From an uncultured Bacilli bacterium (lineage in GTDB: Bacteria > Bacillota_I > Bacilli_A > RF39 > UBA660), in assembly GCA_944332635.1 (NCBI GenBank), contig CALVKI010000016.1:1-59905 (forward strand): DNA of 59,905 nucleotides. Reading direction: 5' to 3'. Shown here piece by piece: positions 1 to 9,543 of the stretch. The position numbers and the translations under genes were made by a program. How positions within the stretch are numbered: position 1 is the first letter of the stretch; every line of letters begins with the position of its first letter. The notes below the pieces were generated by a model. That model saw only the letters and a program-made list of their open reading frames with translations, was not told the origin of the DNA and made no database searches.

Positions 1-1
1 T

Positions 2-157
2 ACTGATGAAGTTGTTGATTCTAATGATAGCGTTGATATTGATAATGAATTTAGTCCTGAACTTAAATTTGAATTAGATGATTCTAAAACTACTTTTGGT
101 TTTGATTCCTTAACTCTTGGATATGGAATACGGTTTAATATATTTAGTTGGTTATAA
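2..157 (+). CDS. 3' end of an upstream gene of unknown product (acidic C-terminal tail), partial at the window edge
   Basis: Frame 2 is open from the window edge (TDEVVDSNDSVDIDNEF...GIRFNIFSWL) to TAA at 155-157 and is followed by a terminator. It is absent from the ORF track because it has no start. Confidence 0.4.
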   Translation, partial: TDEVVDSNDSVDIDNEFSPELKFELDDSKTTFGFDSLTLGYGIRFNIFSWL

Positions 158-189
158 TGTTTAAATTGCTATGAGTTGTATATAAATAG

Positions 190-225
190 AAATCTTTCCA
201 TAATAAAAAAGGAGAGATTTTTTTA
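190..225 (+). terminator. Rho-independent terminator
   Basis: Stem AAATCTTTCC (190-199) pairs with GGAGAGATTT (211-220) with one G-U pair, followed by a T-run. Confidence 0.6.
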
Positions 226-356
226 TGAAAAAAAAGATAAATCAAAAATACTTATATTTATAAAATTTGACATAATTTAACAATCAAAGATTGAAAATAA
301 AAAAAATAATTAATTATTAATGATATACTAAAAAATATAAGTAAGGTGTGATAAGT

Positions 357-944
357 ATGGAGCAAAAGATAAAAAGCCTATTAATGATAGCATCGGGTAA
401 TTTATTAATAACATCAGCATATACATTATTTGCTATGCCTAATAATATTGTAGATGGAGGTATTACTTCAACTGCATTGTTATTATCACATTATTTAAAT
501 AGCAATCTAACTTATACAATATGCTTTTTGACATTCTTTATATTAATGTTTAGTTACATAACTATGGGTAAATATTTTTTTTTAAAAACATTATATAGTA
601 GTTTATGTTACATCAGCTTTTTTATATTTTTCAATTGGACAGGAGTAGTAATAGCAACAAGTACAATTAATAGTCTGTTAATTGCTGGAGTACTAATTGG
701 ATTAGGTCATTATCTTTGCTTAAAAGAAAATTCATCAACAATAGGCTATGATGTAATAGCTTTATTTTGTCATAAGGTAAATAAAAAATGTTCGACAACA
801 ACAATACTATGGATAATATGTTCTGCAATTTTATTATTGGGAGCCAATTTCTTTGGAATAAAAATAATCATAACGGGTATATTATTTGTATTTATAGAAA
901 CCCAGATAATTTACTGGTGCAGCGATAAAGGTAGGGAAATTTAA
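357..944 (+). CDS. YitT-like multi-pass membrane protein lacking the usual C-terminal soluble domain
   Basis: Motif AYTLFAMPNNIVDGGITSTALLL is typical of the YitT/DUF161 family, and there are several hydrophobic helices. ATG at 357 lies 8 nt after RBS AAGGTG and is preferred over the GTG at 348. Confidence 0.55.
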   Translation: MEQKIKSLLMIASGNLLITSAYTLFAMPNNIVDGGITSTALLLSHYLNSNLTYTICFLTFFILMFSYITMGKYFFLKTLYSSLCYISFFIFFNWTGVVIATSTINSLLIAGVLIGLGHYLCLKENSSTIGYDVIALFCHKVNKKCSTTTILWIICSAILLLGANFFGIKIIITGILFVFIETQIIYWCSDKGREI

Positions 945-999
945 AAGAGTTGGTCAAAAATTTTTTCCATGATATAATAATTTAAAAGGAGTGATTTAT

Positions 1000-2991
1000 A
1001 TGGTAACGCCAAAAAGGGAAGAAAGTGAAATAAATGAAGAAAAAATTGTTAATCAAATACGTTCTTTAGGAATTGATATGATTAATGAAGCTAATAGTGG
1101 TCATCCGGGAATTGTATTAGGTGCAGCACCAATAATATATAGTTTATTTGCTCATCATATGAAAATAGATCCAGAAAACCCAGACTTTTATAATAGAGAT
1201 CGTTTTGTTATGTCCGCAGGACATGGATCTGCATTATTATATGCAACATTATATATGGCCGGATATCCATTGTCATTAGAGGATTTAAAAGACTTTAGAA
1301 AAATAGACTCAAAAACACCAGGACATCCGGAATATAAAAAGACGGTTGGGGTAGAAACTACAACCGGACCTTTAGGTCAAGGATTTGCTACTGCGGTAGG
1401 AATGGCTATTGCAGAAAGAAATTTAAGTGCTCTATTTAATAAAGGAAAAAAAGAAGTTATTGATTTCAATACATATGTTTTGTGTGGTGACGGCGACTTA
1501 ATGGAAGGAATATCTTATGAAGCTGCTTCTCTAGCTGGAACTCTAAAATTAAATAAACTAATTGTTTTATATGATTCTAACAATGTTTGTTTGGATGGTG
1601 CAACAACTGATTGTTTTACTGAAAATGTAGCCATGCGTTTTATAGCACAAGGTTGGAATGTAATTACAGTCGCAGATGGTAATGATATATTATCTATTAC
1701 AAAAGCAATAGAAGATGCAAAAACGTCAATAGACAAACCTACATTAATTGAAATAAAAACAACTATTGGCAAATATTCTAAATTAGAAGGAACACATTTA
1801 GTTCATGGAACACCATTAAATAAAGAAGAAATTACGAGTATAAAAGAAAAAATGCAAATCAGAGACATTCCTTTTTCAATATCACAAATTACAGTAGATG
1901 ATTTTAGAACATTTATCAATAATCGTTGCAAAAATATTACAGAAAAGTTTAACAAAACAATAGAAACAATGGAAGATGAAGATAAAATTTTATTAGAAAA
2001 CTTTATAAACGGAAATAAGTCGTTCGATATAAAAGATATTATTTATGAACCACCACAAGAAAAAGAGGAAGCACTTAGAGTTACATCTGGAAAAATTTTA
2101 ACTACTATTGTTAATAAGTACCCAAGTGTTATAGGTGGCAGTGCAGACCTTTTTGGGCCAACAAAAACTTATATTGAAGGAGTAGGAAATTTTTCTAGTG
2201 AAAATCCAATTGCAAAAAACATTTTCTTTGGTGTAAGAGAACATGCCATGGGAGCAATATTAAACGGTTTGGCTTTATGTGGATACCATCCTTATGGTGC
2301 GACATTCCTAAGTTTTAGTGATTATTTAAAACCAAGCATTAGAATGTCTGCCATGATGAACTTACCAGTGACATATATCTTTACACATGACTCTATTAGT
2401 GTAGGAAAAGATGGAGCAACTCACCAACCGATAGAACAGCTAGTTTCCTTAAGAGCAACACCAAATTTAGAAGTCTTTAGGCCAGCAGATGCCAATGAAG
2501 TAATAGGCGTTTATCGTGCCATCTTCGAAAAAGAAAGTGGCCCTTCAGTAATTTCATTATCACGAAACTCCCTTCCTATTTTAGAAACCACCAAAATAAA
2601 TGAAGTAGCAAAGGGCGGTTACACAGTCTATGATTCTGAAAGAAAATTATCTGGAATACTAATCGCAACTGGAGAAGAAGTTCATTTGGCATTAGAAATA
2701 TCAAAACGTCTAAAAACAAAAGGAATGGATGTAAGAGTAGTATCTATGCCATGTATCAAAAGATTTTTAGAACAAGATCAAGATTATATTGATACTATAT
2801 TACCAGTAGAAGTAAGAAAAATTGTAATAGAAGCAGCATCATCACTGTCATGGAATAGTATTGTATTTAATAAAAAATACTTAATTACTTTAGATCAATA
2901 TGGAGCCAGTGGATCAAAAGATGATGTATATAAAAAATATGGTTTTGACATCGATACCTTGGAAGAAAAAGTAGAAAACTTATTAAAATAA
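1000..2991 (+). CDS. tkt: Transketolase
   Basis: Contains the GHPG thiamine-diphosphate motif (NSGHPGIVLGAAP), GDGDLMEG and THDSISVGKDGATHQP over a full-length protein. ATG at 1000 lies 8 nt after AAAGGAG. Confidence 0.95.
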   Translation: MVTPKREESEINEEKIVNQIRSLGIDMINEANSGHPGIVLGAAPIIYSLFAHHMKIDPENPDFYNRDRFVMSAGHGSALLYATLYMAGYPLSLEDLKDFRKIDSKTPGHPEYKKTVGVETTTGPLGQGFATAVGMAIAERNLSALFNKGKKEVIDFNTYVLCGDGDLMEGISYEAASLAGTLKLNKLIVLYDSNNVCLDGATTDCFTENVAMRFIAQGWNVITVADGNDILSITKAIEDAKTSIDKPTLIEIKTTIGKYSKLEGTHLVHGTPLNKEEITSIKEKMQIRDIPFSISQITVDDFRTFINNRCKNITEKFNKTIETMEDEDKILLENFINGNKSFDIKDIIYEPPQEKEEALRVTSGKILTTIVNKYPSVIGGSADLFGPTKTYIEGVGNFSSENPIAKNIFFGVREHAMGAILNGLALCGYHPYGATFLSFSDYLKPSIRMSAMMNLPVTYIFTHDSISVGKDGATHQPIEQLVSLRATPNLEVFRPADANEVIGVYRAIFEKESGPSVISLSRNSLPILETTKINEVAKGGYTVYDSERKLSGILIATGEEVHLALEISKRLKTKGMDVRVVSMPCIKRFLEQDQDYIDTILPVEVRKIVIEAASSLSWNSIVFNKKYLITLDQYGASGSKDDVYKKYGFDIDTLEEKVENLLK

Positions 2992-3040
2992 TCGACAAAA
3001 ATAGACTCTAACATAGCGTATAGTGATTCTAGGTGATACT

Positions 3041-3472
3041 ATGAGAGTCTATTTTATTTTTGATATAAAAGAACAATTTATAAATTTATATAAAGGAAAC
3101 GAACGCATATTATATAATATTTTAAAAGAAATATACTATTTAGAAAAAGAAGAAGTAGAATATGGTTATCATCTTTTTAAACAGTTAATCAATCCTATAG
3201 AAAAGACCAAAATTGATAGATATTTATTTCTAAAACTTCACCAAGATATTCCATATTCAAAAAGAAAAGATATTCATTATTATAATAATTTATATAGAGA
3301 TGAGATAAGTAGATTAACAGTCAAAAAAAGCTATATAAAAATAGAAGCAGAGCAATTATCTTCTTCCTTTTTTCATTATTTAAATCAGATAAACCCAAGA
3401 TTATTTGTATGTGAATTTAAATATAAAGATTACTTTTTTCTAGAACAATTTGAAGAAAAAGAAACAATATAA
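3041..3472 (+). CDS. sirA: SirA/YneE-like sporulation inhibitor of replication (DUF2522-like)
   Basis: The N-terminus YFIFDIKEQFINLYKGNE resembles B. subtilis SirA (YYTYLIKEEFANHYFGRE, from memory). Size is about 145 aa, and the position between tkt and yneF matches Bacillus. Confidence 0.5.
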   Translation: MRVYFIFDIKEQFINLYKGNERILYNILKEIYYLEKEEVEYGYHLFKQLINPIEKTKIDRYLFLKLHQDIPYSKRKDIHYYNNLYRDEISRLTVKKSYIKIEAEQLSSSFFHYLNQINPRLFVCEFKYKDYFFLEQFEEKETI

Positions 3473-3526
3473 CTTGTAGAATAGTAAAAATTTTAGTAAA
3501 ATGTTATGTAGTAAGGAGATGAATTT

Positions 3527-3736
3527 ATGTTACATGATATATTAATGGTATTATTAGGATTGATTATTGGTTTAATTATCGGAGTCTTTATAGCGAGAAA
3601 ATTAATGAAAAAATATTTAAAAGATAATCCTCCTATTACTGAGGAAATGCTAAAAGGGTTAATGATGCAAATGGGTAGAAAACCAAATCAAAAACAAATT
3701 AATCAAATGATGAAGGCAATGCAAAAATATCAATAA
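3527..3736 (+). CDS. yneF: UPF0154 family small membrane protein YneF
   Basis: 69 aa with one N-terminal TM helix followed by [35 protein letters not shown], which is characteristic of YneF. It is syntenic with tkt-sirA. Confidence 0.8.
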   Translation: MLHDILMVLLGLIIGLIIGVFIARKLMKKYLKDNPPITEEMLKGLMMQMGRKPNQKQINQMMKAMQKYQ

Positions 3737-3804
3737 AGGAAGAGAAATCTTCTTTTTATTTTTTTAATTTTAAGGTATAATAAATTAGAATTGTTGGTGA
3801 TCAT

Positions 3805-5568
3805 ATGAAAAACTTTAAAGAAAAACTAGATTTAGTTCCTACAAAACCCGGAAGTTATCAAATAAAAAATAAAGATGGCATAATCATTTATGTAGGAAAA
3901 GCTAAAAATTTAAAAAATAGATTAAAAAGTTATTTTACTGGAACGGTAACTGGGAAAACTAGAATGCTAGTAGAAGATATTGATGATTTTGAATATATTG
4001 TAACATCAAGTGAATTAGAATCATTGATTCTAGAAATTACTTTAATTAAAAAATATGACCCTAAATATAATATCTTACTAAAAGATGATAAAACTTATCC
4101 ATATATTGAGTTAACAAATGAAAAATATCCTAGATTAAAAATTGTTAGAAACACCAAGAGAAAAAAAACTAAAGACTATTTATATGGACCATATCCCAAT
4201 GTAGCAGCTGCAAGAAAAACAGTAGAAATAATTAACCGAATTTACCCATTGAGAAAATGTGAAAAGTTAAAAAAAGAGTTATGTCTTTATTATCATATTA
4301 ACGAATGTCTAGGTTACTGTGTAAAAGAAGTAGATGAACAAACTATCACCTCAATGAAAAAAGAAATTATTTCCTTTTTAAAAGGTGATTCAAAAGAAAT
4401 TACTAAAAAAATAGAAAGAGAAATGCAAAAAGCAAGTGACTCCATGAATTACGAAAGAGCACTAGAACTAAAAAATATGTTAGAAGACATTAATATTACA
4501 TTACGTAAACAAAAAATAGATTTAAATAAAAGTTATCAGTTTGATTTAATAAACTACTACAAAGACGAAAATTATTTATCAATTGAATTATTCTTCATTA
4601 GAGATGGTTTACTATTTGGAAGACACAACGAGATTGTTCAAACAATGATTGACCCAATAGAAGAAATAACCGAATATATAATTAAATTTTATGATAAACA
4701 AGGAATATTACCTAAAGAGTTATATCTGCCAGAAGAGTTAAATGCTGAACTAATAAGTAATTATTTTGATATAAAAACTTACACACCTCAAAAAGGAAAA
4801 TTGAAAAGACTTTTGGATTTAGCAAAAGAAAATGCTAAAGAGCAACTTGTTTTGCAAGAAGAAACATTAAAAAAAGATGACAATTTACGTATGGAAGCAA
4901 TCAATGAATTAAAAAAGTTATTGCATCTAGATTCTGTATCCAGAATGGAATCATTTGATAACTCGCATTTATTTGGAACCTTTTATGTAGGTGGCATGGT
5001 TGTATTTGAAGATTTTTTACCACTAAAAAATGAATATCGAAAATTTAAGATATCAATAGATGTAAAAGATGATTTAAATGCTATGAAAGAAGTATTGTAT
5101 AGAAGGTACTACAAAGTATTAATGGAGAATTTAGAAAAACCTGATTTGATTGTCATGGATGGAGGAAAATTACAAATTAGTATAGCTAAAGAAATCATCG
5201 ATTCATTAGGGCTAAATATTCCAATTATTGGTCTTGTAAAAGACGCTAATCATAAAACAAGTTACATTATGAATGATAAATATGAAGTTTTAAAGATAGA
5301 AAAAGATTCGAATTTATTCTTGTTTTTTACTAGGATTCAAGAAGAAGTTCATAGATATGCTATTACCTATCATAGAAACATAAAATCAAAAGGAATGTTA
5401 TCAAGTGTTTTAGATGTAGTTCCAGGAGTTGGAGAAGTAAGAAAAAAAGAATTATTAAAACATTTTGGTTCACTGAAAAAATTAAAAGAAGCAAATGTAG
5501 ATGACTTATCGGCCGTAGTATCTCGGGATGTTGCTGAAAATCTTGTAAGATACTTGAAAGAAATATAG
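3805..5568 (+). CDS. uvrC: Excinuclease ABC subunit C
   Basis: Has an N-terminal GIY-YIG domain (GSYQIKNKDGIIIYVGKAKNLKNRLKSY), a UVR domain (YERALELKNMLEDI), an endonuclease V-like domain and a C-terminal HhH. Length is 587 aa. Confidence 0.95.
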   Translation: MKNFKEKLDLVPTKPGSYQIKNKDGIIIYVGKAKNLKNRLKSYFTGTVTGKTRMLVEDIDDFEYIVTSSELESLILEITLIKKYDPKYNILLKDDKTYPYIELTNEKYPRLKIVRNTKRKKTKDYLYGPYPNVAAARKTVEIINRIYPLRKCEKLKKELCLYYHINECLGYCVKEVDEQTITSMKKEIISFLKGDSKEITKKIEREMQKASDSMNYERALELKNMLEDINITLRKQKIDLNKSYQFDLINYYKDENYLSIELFFIRDGLLFGRHNEIVQTMIDPIEEITEYIIKFYDKQGILPKELYLPEELNAELISNYFDIKTYTPQKGKLKRLLDLAKENAKEQLVLQEETLKKDDNLRMEAINELKKLLHLDSVSRMESFDNSHLFGTFYVGGMVVFEDFLPLKNEYRKFKISIDVKDDLNAMKEVLYRRYYKVLMENLEKPDLIVMDGGKLQISIAKEIIDSLGLNIPIIGLVKDANHKTSYIMNDKYEVLKIEKDSNLFLFFTRIQEEVHRYAITYHRNIKSKGMLSSVLDVVPGVGEVRKKELLKHFGSLKKLKEANVDDLSAVVSRDVAENLVRYLKEI

Positions 5569-5594
5569 AAAAATACTTAAGAGAGGGTGAATTT

Positions 5595-6014
5595 ATGAAA
5601 AAATTAAACAAGAAAGGTTTTACATTGGTGGAATTATTAGCCGTAATAACAATTTTAGGTATTCTTATAGTAATAACAGTAGGTGCATTATTTAGACACC
5701 TTGTTAATAGTAAACAACAGGCTATGGAAACAATTGCCTCTAGCTCCTATGATGGAATGGTTATGTATATGATGGATAATAATATAATGTTAAACAAAAA
5801 TGAAAGTATATCTGTAACAATTGATACTTTATATAATGACCAAAGAATAAAAAGACCAACTGATCCATACAAAGATGATGCTATGTGCACAGGAAAAGTT
5901 ACTGTCATAAATAAAACATCTACTTCTACTGTAGGATTGGAAGATTATAGATATACAGTTGAAGTAAACTGTGCTGCAGGTCATAGTTATAAGCAAACAT
6001 ATCCAAAGGAGTAA
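5595..6014 (+). CDS. Prepilin-type (type IV pilin / ComGC-like pseudopilin) protein
   Basis: Carries a class III signal, KKGFTLVELLAVITILGILIV (G/FTLxE N-methylation motif), and a C-terminal Cys pair (CTGKV...VNCAAG). RBS is GAGAGGGTG. Confidence 0.75.
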   Translation: MKKLNKKGFTLVELLAVITILGILIVITVGALFRHLVNSKQQAMETIASSSYDGMVMYMMDNNIMLNKNESISVTIDTLYNDQRIKRPTDPYKDDAMCTGKVTVINKTSTSTVGLEDYRYTVEVNCAAGHSYKQTYPKE

Positions 6015-6023
6015 GGATTATAA

Positions 6024-7802
6024 ATGAGTAAGATAAAAGTGATGGATGAAATTCTAGCTAACAAAATAGCTGCAGGAGAAGTAGTCGAAAAAACAATGAA
6101 TGTCGTAAAAGAATTAGTAGAAAATGCAATAGATGCAGAAAGCGATGAAATAAAAATAGAATTAATTGATTCAGGTGTAAAAGAGGTAAAAGTTACAGAT
6201 AATGGAATTGGAATGGATAGAGATGATGCAACGCTAGCTTTTTCAAGACACGCAACATCAAAATTAAAGAATTTAGATGATTTATTTAATATTGAGTCAT
6301 TAGGTTTTCGAGGGGAAGCATTACCTTCCATTGCATCTGTCTCAAATATAGAATTAAAAACTTCAAATGGTAAAGTTGGAACATATATTACTTTATCAGG
6401 TGGAAAAAATATGCATATAGAAGATAGCGATTTACAGCAAGGAACAACAATTACAGTAAAAGATTTATTTTATAACACTCCCGTAAGGTTAAAATATTTG
6501 AAAAATTTATATGTTGAATTAGCAAATATCACAGAATATGTAAATAAAATGGCACTATCATATCCAAATATAAAATTCACTTTAATTAATAATGATAAAG
6601 TTCTACTAGATACAGATGGGAAAGGTGATTTACGAAAAGTAATTTATCAGATTTATGGTGCCGATATCACCAAAAAGATGATAGAAGTAACTGGTGAAAA
6701 TGACGATTACTACATACATGGATATATTTCTTATCCAGAAATGACTAAAAGTAATCGTAGTGCTATTACAACTTTAGTAAATGGAAGAGTAATTAAGAAT
6801 AATGAACTAAATAAAATTATTACTGATGCTTATCATACTTATATTCCAAAAGATAAATTTCCAATCATTGTATTAAATATAGATGTAGATCCTATACTAA
6901 TAGATATCAATATTCATCCAACTAAGATGGACATTAAATTTTCTAAAATAGACACTCTAAAAGACTTAGTATTTGACACAGTATCAAAGGAATTAAAAAC
7001 ATTAACATTAATTCCAACAATAAGCACAAGAACAGAAGAAGCCTTAAGAGAGACAACAATTCCGTTATATAATGCCTTTAAAAAGGAAGAACCAACTCCT
7101 AAACCAACTTATGAAGAAACGGTGTTAGATTTTTCTGAGAGTAAAGATTCTTTTGTAGTAGCAGAAAATCAAGAAGAAGTAGTAAAAGAATCAAAAGAAG
7201 AAGAAATAGAATCTTCTCCAAGAATTAAAAAGATGATTCCTAGAGGAATAGTTTATTCTACTTATATTATTGCTGAAAATGAAGATGGAATGTACATAAT
7301 AGATCAGCATGCTGCTGCAGAAAGAATTAATTATGAAAAAGTATTAAACTCATTAAAAGAAAAAGCAATACCAATAGATCTATTAATTCCAATAAAAATT
7401 GAATTAACATCAACTGAATTTTTAATTGTTAAAAACCATTTAGATATTTTAAAAGACTATGGTTTTGAAGCAGAAGAATTTGGTATGAATACTATTATTA
7501 TTAGAAGTCATCCAAACTGGATACCTGATGATGTCGCAGAAGAGTGTATTCGTAAAGTTGTGGATATCATCATTAGTAAGGAAAACTTTGACTTTGATCA
7601 ATTCGTTTGGAGAATGGCTGCAACTATGGCTTGTCGCATGTCTGTAAAAGCTAATGATTATTTGTCCTATGACGATCAAGTATGGCTACTTGAAACACTA
7701 AGACAATGTGAAAATCCATTTACTTGCCCTCACGGACGTCCAACAATTATTACTTATACAAAGTATGATTTAGAAAAGCTGTTTAAACGTTCTCTTGACT
7801 AA
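6024..7802 (+). CDS. mutL: DNA mismatch repair protein MutL
   Basis: GHKL ATPase motifs (IAAGEVVEKTMNVVKELVENAIDA, DNGIGM, GFRGEAL), the C-terminal endonuclease motif DQHAAAERINYE, and CPHGRP. Confidence 0.95.
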   Translation: MSKIKVMDEILANKIAAGEVVEKTMNVVKELVENAIDAESDEIKIELIDSGVKEVKVTDNGIGMDRDDATLAFSRHATSKLKNLDDLFNIESLGFRGEALPSIASVSNIELKTSNGKVGTYITLSGGKNMHIEDSDLQQGTTITVKDLFYNTPVRLKYLKNLYVELANITEYVNKMALSYPNIKFTLINNDKVLLDTDGKGDLRKVIYQIYGADITKKMIEVTGENDDYYIHGYISYPEMTKSNRSAITTLVNGRVIKNNELNKIITDAYHTYIPKDKFPIIVLNIDVDPILIDINIHPTKMDIKFSKIDTLKDLVFDTVSKELKTLTLIPTISTRTEEALRETTIPLYNAFKKEEPTPKPTYEETVLDFSESKDSFVVAENQEEVVKESKEEEIESSPRIKKMIPRGIVYSTYIIAENEDGMYIIDQHAAAERINYEKVLNSLKEKAIPIDLLIPIKIELTSTEFLIVKNHLDILKDYGFEAEEFGMNTIIIRSHPNWIPDDVAEECIRKVVDIIISKENFDFDQFVWRMAATMACRMSVKANDYLSYDDQVWLLETLRQCENPFTCPHGRPTIITYTKYDLEKLFKRSLD

Positions 7803-7850
7803 AATATAAAAAAATGTTATAATATACCAACAATTTAGGGGAGTGTTGGT

Positions 7851-8654
7851 ATGAGTATTAGTGATAAAAAAGTATATCAAGAAGTATATCCTTTTACAAC
7901 AGAAAACATTCAGGGATATATGAAAGAATTGGATTTAGAAGGAAAAAATGTATTAACGGTTGGTTCTTCTCTTGATCAAGCGTATAATGCCTTGGCCTTA
8001 GGCGCAAAAACAGTAAGGGTATTAGATATTAATACAAACACAAAAAAATATTGTGCAATGAAATCAAAATTAATATTATCTCATGGGCGCAAAGACTTAT
8101 ATAGAGCCGTGATGAGTAAAAGAGCTTTCATGGAAGAACAAGGCATAACTTATTCCAATGAACAATTTAATAGAGGCAGAATAGAAGCATGCAATTATTA
8201 TTTACAGAATGAAAAATCTTACGATAGACTAAGAAAAAAATTAGGTAATCCCGAATCTTTAACAATAACAGAAGGAAATATTTTCAAAATGGATGAAGCT
8301 ATAGGAGAGGAAAAGTTTGATAGAATATGCTTTTCTAATGTGCTACAGATGTTAGATTATTTTAAAGACAAAAAAGAAACAGCTTATGATTTATTGGAAG
8401 CACAAATTCCAAATTGGAGTACTCATCTAAACAATGACGGAATCCTACAACTATTCTATTTATATTCTTTCAATCAAAAAGATATTATGACACCAGATAA
8501 TAAAAATGTAGGATATGATTTATCAAAAGTAGTAAAATCCATTAGAAAAACAACTCCAGCAGAAGAGGGAAAATTAGATCTAGTTTTTTTTGAAAGTTGT
8601 ACAGGTACATTAGGTTCTACAGATGCCGCAGTATTATATACAAAAAGAAGGTAG
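7851..8654 (+). CDS. Class I SAM-dependent methyltransferase-like protein (DUF3419/BtaA-like)
   Basis: Has a glycine-rich, Rossmann-like motif I (VLTVGSSLDQAYNALALGAKTVRVLDIN) and a later FDRICFSNVL strand. Family assignment is tentative. Confidence 0.4.
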   Translation: MSISDKKVYQEVYPFTTENIQGYMKELDLEGKNVLTVGSSLDQAYNALALGAKTVRVLDINTNTKKYCAMKSKLILSHGRKDLYRAVMSKRAFMEEQGITYSNEQFNRGRIEACNYYLQNEKSYDRLRKKLGNPESLTITEGNIFKMDEAIGEEKFDRICFSNVLQMLDYFKDKKETAYDLLEAQIPNWSTHLNNDGILQLFYLYSFNQKDIMTPDNKNVGYDLSKVVKSIRKTTPAEEGKLDLVFFESCTGTLGSTDAAVLYTKRR

Positions 8655-8658
8655 ATAC

Positions 8659-9543
8659 ATGAAACCAATTATTGTAATTATTGGTCCAACAGGAGTTGGA
8701 AAAACAAAATTAAGTATTGAGCTAGCAAAGAAGCTAGATGGTGAAATTATTAATGGTGACTCAGTAGCAATATATAAAAAGCTTAATATTGGTAGTGCAA
8801 AACCAACACCAGAAGAACAAAAAGAAGCTCCACATCATTTAATTGATATTAAAGATCCAATTGAAGAATATAGTGTATATGATTATCAACAAGATGCAAG
8901 AAAAAAAATAGAAGAAATAACTCAAAAAGGAAAAAGAGTTATCATCGTGGGGGGAACAGGACTTTATATAAAAGCTGCTCTATATAACTACATATTTACA
9001 ACTGGAACTACAAATAATGATTATGAAGATTTAACTAATGAAGCCATTTTAAATAAAATAAAAGAATATGATAAAGACACAAAAATACATTTAAATAATA
9101 GAAAACGATTAGTTCGTACGTTAAATAAGTATGAAAACCAAGAAGAAATAACAAATGAGAAAGATAAATGTCTATATCCACTATATATAATTGGTCTAAC
9201 TGCTCCTAGAGATATTATCTATGATAGAATCAACAAAAGAGTAGATAAAATGATAGAAGAAGGATTAGTAGATGAAATATTATCTTTAAAAGAATTATAT
9301 CAATCTTCTAGAGTATTAAATACTGCAATCGGATATAAAGAATTTAAAGGATATCTAGAAGATAAAAAGTCTATAGAGCAAGTAAAAGAAGAAATTAAAT
9401 TAAATTCTAGACATTATGCCAAAAGGCAATATACATTCTTTAATCATCAATTTAATACTAATTGGTATAATGTAAACTTTAATAACTTTGAAGAAACAAT
9501 TAATGAAATATACTCAGATATAATAAAAAAAGAAGCCAATTAG
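8659..9543 (+). CDS. miaA: tRNA dimethylallyltransferase
   Basis: P-loop IVIIGPTGVGKTKLSIELA, DSVAIYKKLNIGSAKP and VGGTGLY. ATG at 8659 is preferred over the track start at 8623, which overlaps the upstream gene. Confidence 0.95.
   Translation: MKPIIVIIGPTGVGKTKLSIELAKKLDGEIINGDSVAIYKKLNIGSAKPTPEEQKEAPHHLIDIKDPIEEYSVYDYQQDARKKIEEITQKGKRVIIVGGTGLYIKAALYNYIFTTGTTNNDYEDLTNEAILNKIKEYDKDTKIHLNNRKRLVRTLNKYENQEEITNEKDKCLYPLYIIGLTAPRDIIYDRINKRVDKMIEEGLVDEILSLKELYQSSRVLNTAIGYKEFKGYLEDKKSIEQVKEEIKLNSRHYAKRQYTFFNHQFNTNWYNVNFNNFEETINEIYSDIIKKEAN

Noticed and set aside
3001-3052. A 9-nt inverted repeat, ATAGACTCT … AGAGTCTAT, spanning the tkt-sirA junction, considered as a possible attenuator or terminator.
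   Set aside because: The second arm lies inside the sirA coding start and the loop is about 34 nt with no T-run. This is too weak to call as a regulatory structure.
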